64,000 nucleotides of DNA from Devosia sp. GTDB taxonomy: Bacteria; Pseudomonadota; Alphaproteobacteria; Rhizobiales; Devosiaceae. The first letter of the stretch is position 1. The number at the start of each line of letters is the position of its first letter. Positions 62,839-64,000 of this stretch are shown here, one piece after another. The notes under the pieces were generated by a model. That model was not told the origin of the DNA. It saw only the letters and a list, made by a program, of their open reading frames with translations, and searched no databases. Location: the NCBI GenBank assembly GCA_035998575.1, contig DASYHM010000024.1, positions 38,624 to 102,623 on the forward strand. The letters are read 5' to 3'. The position numbers were made by a program, and so were the translations under genes.

Positions 62839-64000
62839 ATGATGCGTCAGTATGAGCTTGTCGAACGCGTTCAGGCGTATAACCCGAACGTCGACGAGCA
62901 GTTGTTGAACAAGGCCTATGTCTACGCCATGCAGAAGCATGGCTCGCAGAAGCGCGCCTCGGGCGACCCCTATTTCAATCATCCGCTCGAAGTCGCCGCC
63001 ATCCTCACCGAGCTCAAGCTCGACGATGCCTCGGTTGCCGTGGGGCTGCTGCACGACACCATCGAGGATACCGACGCCACGCGCGCCGAAATCGATCAGC
63101 TGTTCGGTGCAGAAATCGCCGCCATCGTCGACGGGCTGACCAAGATCGATCGCCTCAACCTGGTCTCCCGCGAGGAGGCCCAGGCCGAGAACCTGCGCAA
63201 GCTGCTGCTGGCCATCAGCCAGGACGTCCGCGTACTGCTGGTCAAGCTGGCCGACCGCCTGCACAACATGCGCACGCTGCAGTTCATGCCGGTCGACAAG
63301 CAGAAGCGCATTGCCCAGGAGACCATGGATATCTATGCCCCGCTGGCCGGGCGCATGGGTATGCAGGATATGCGCAATGAGCTTGAGGATATCTCCTTCA
63401 AGATCCTGCAGCCTGAGCATCACCAGGCAATCGTCGCGCGTCTCGACGAGATGCAGGAGGAATACAGCGAGACCATCTCTACGATTTCGGCCGAGCTCAG
63501 CGAGCGGCTGGCCGCGGAAGGGATCGCCGCCCGCGTCAAGGCGCGCGTGAAGTCGCCCTTCTCGATCTTCAACAAGATCGAGCGCAAGTCGATCGCCCTC
63601 GAACAGCTCTCCGACATGATCGGCTTCCGCGTCATCGTCGGCTCTGTCGCCGAATGCTACCGCACCGTCGGCGTCGTCCACACCAAGTGGAAGGTCGTGC
63701 CCGGCCGCTTCAAGGACTATATCTCGGTCCCCAAGCACAACGACTATCAGTCGATCCACACCACCATTGTCGGCCCCGGCCGTCAGCGCGCCGAGTTGCA
63801 GATTCGCACCGAGGAGATGGACAGCGTCGCCGAATTCGGCATCGCCGCGCATGCCCTCTACAAAGATGGTGCCTCGGCCAATCTGGGCCGCATCGAGCAT
63901 GAGTCGCAGGCCTATGGCTCGCTGCGCCAGACTATCGGTCACCTCACCACGGGCAACTCCTCCACCGAAGATTTTCTCGAGTATACACGGCTTGAGCTGT
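62839..64000 (+). CDS. rsh: Bifunctional (p)ppGpp synthetase/hydrolase, 3'-partial
   Basis: MMRQYELVERV, HPLEVA, LHDTIED, KLADRLHNMRT, YQSIHT; follows rpoZ. Confidence 0.96.
   Translation, partial: MMRQYELVERVQAYNPNVDEQLLNKAYVYAMQKHGSQKRASGDPYFNHPLEVAAILTELKLDDASVAVGLLHDTIEDTDATRAEIDQLFGAEIAAIVDGLTKIDRLNLVSREEAQAENLRKLLLAISQDVRVLLVKLADRLHNMRTLQFMPVDKQKRIAQETMDIYAPLAGRMGMQDMRNELEDISFKILQPEHHQAIVARLDEMQEEYSETISTISAELSERLAAEGIAARVKARVKSPFSIFNKIERKSIALEQLSDMIGFRVIVGSVAECYRTVGVVHTKWKVVPGRFKDYISVPKHNDYQSIHTTIVGPGRQRAELQIRTEEMDSVAEFGIAAHALYKDGASANLGRIEHESQAYGSLRQTIGHLTTGNSSTEDFLEYTRLEL

Noticed and set aside
62853..62866. TGAGCTTGTCGAAC matching the family A repeat core inside rsh
   Set aside because: It encodes the conserved YELVE N-terminus and lacks the flanking stem; coincidental.

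Overview
GC-rich alphaproteobacterial chromosome segment; gene content and repeats suggest Hyphomicrobiales, plausibly Devosia-like (inference). 1-17.9 kb is mostly core or semi-core: pepA end, holC, ABC-F, ndk, DEAD-box helicase, MFS, molybdopterin oxidoreductase, GST and tRNA-Ser(GCT), with two families of REP/MITE-like intergenic repeats. Downstream of the tRNA is an accessory tract (~18-50 kb) that opens with decayed genes. It then carries TRAP and ABC sugar(-acid) uptake, an IlvD/Edd dehydratase-DHDPS-like-RraA-like operon, a P450, envelope/stress genes, a GH2 glycosidase and a murQ/nagQ-SIS-nagA module. 50.9-64 kb is the porin, a large BON/OmpA protein in an arfABC-like trio, then slt, dapA, smpB, NYN, rpoZ and the start of rsh. 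Best novelty candidates: a highly structured ~150-nt leader or ncRNA in front of a Glyoxalase_8-like gene; recurring EcfG-type promoters across the accessory tract, one driving an unannotated 22-aa peptide; and an arfABC-like operon with an unannotated 39-aa membrane peptide. No CRISPR array, integrase or transposase was seen. All family calls are from motif recognition, not database searches.
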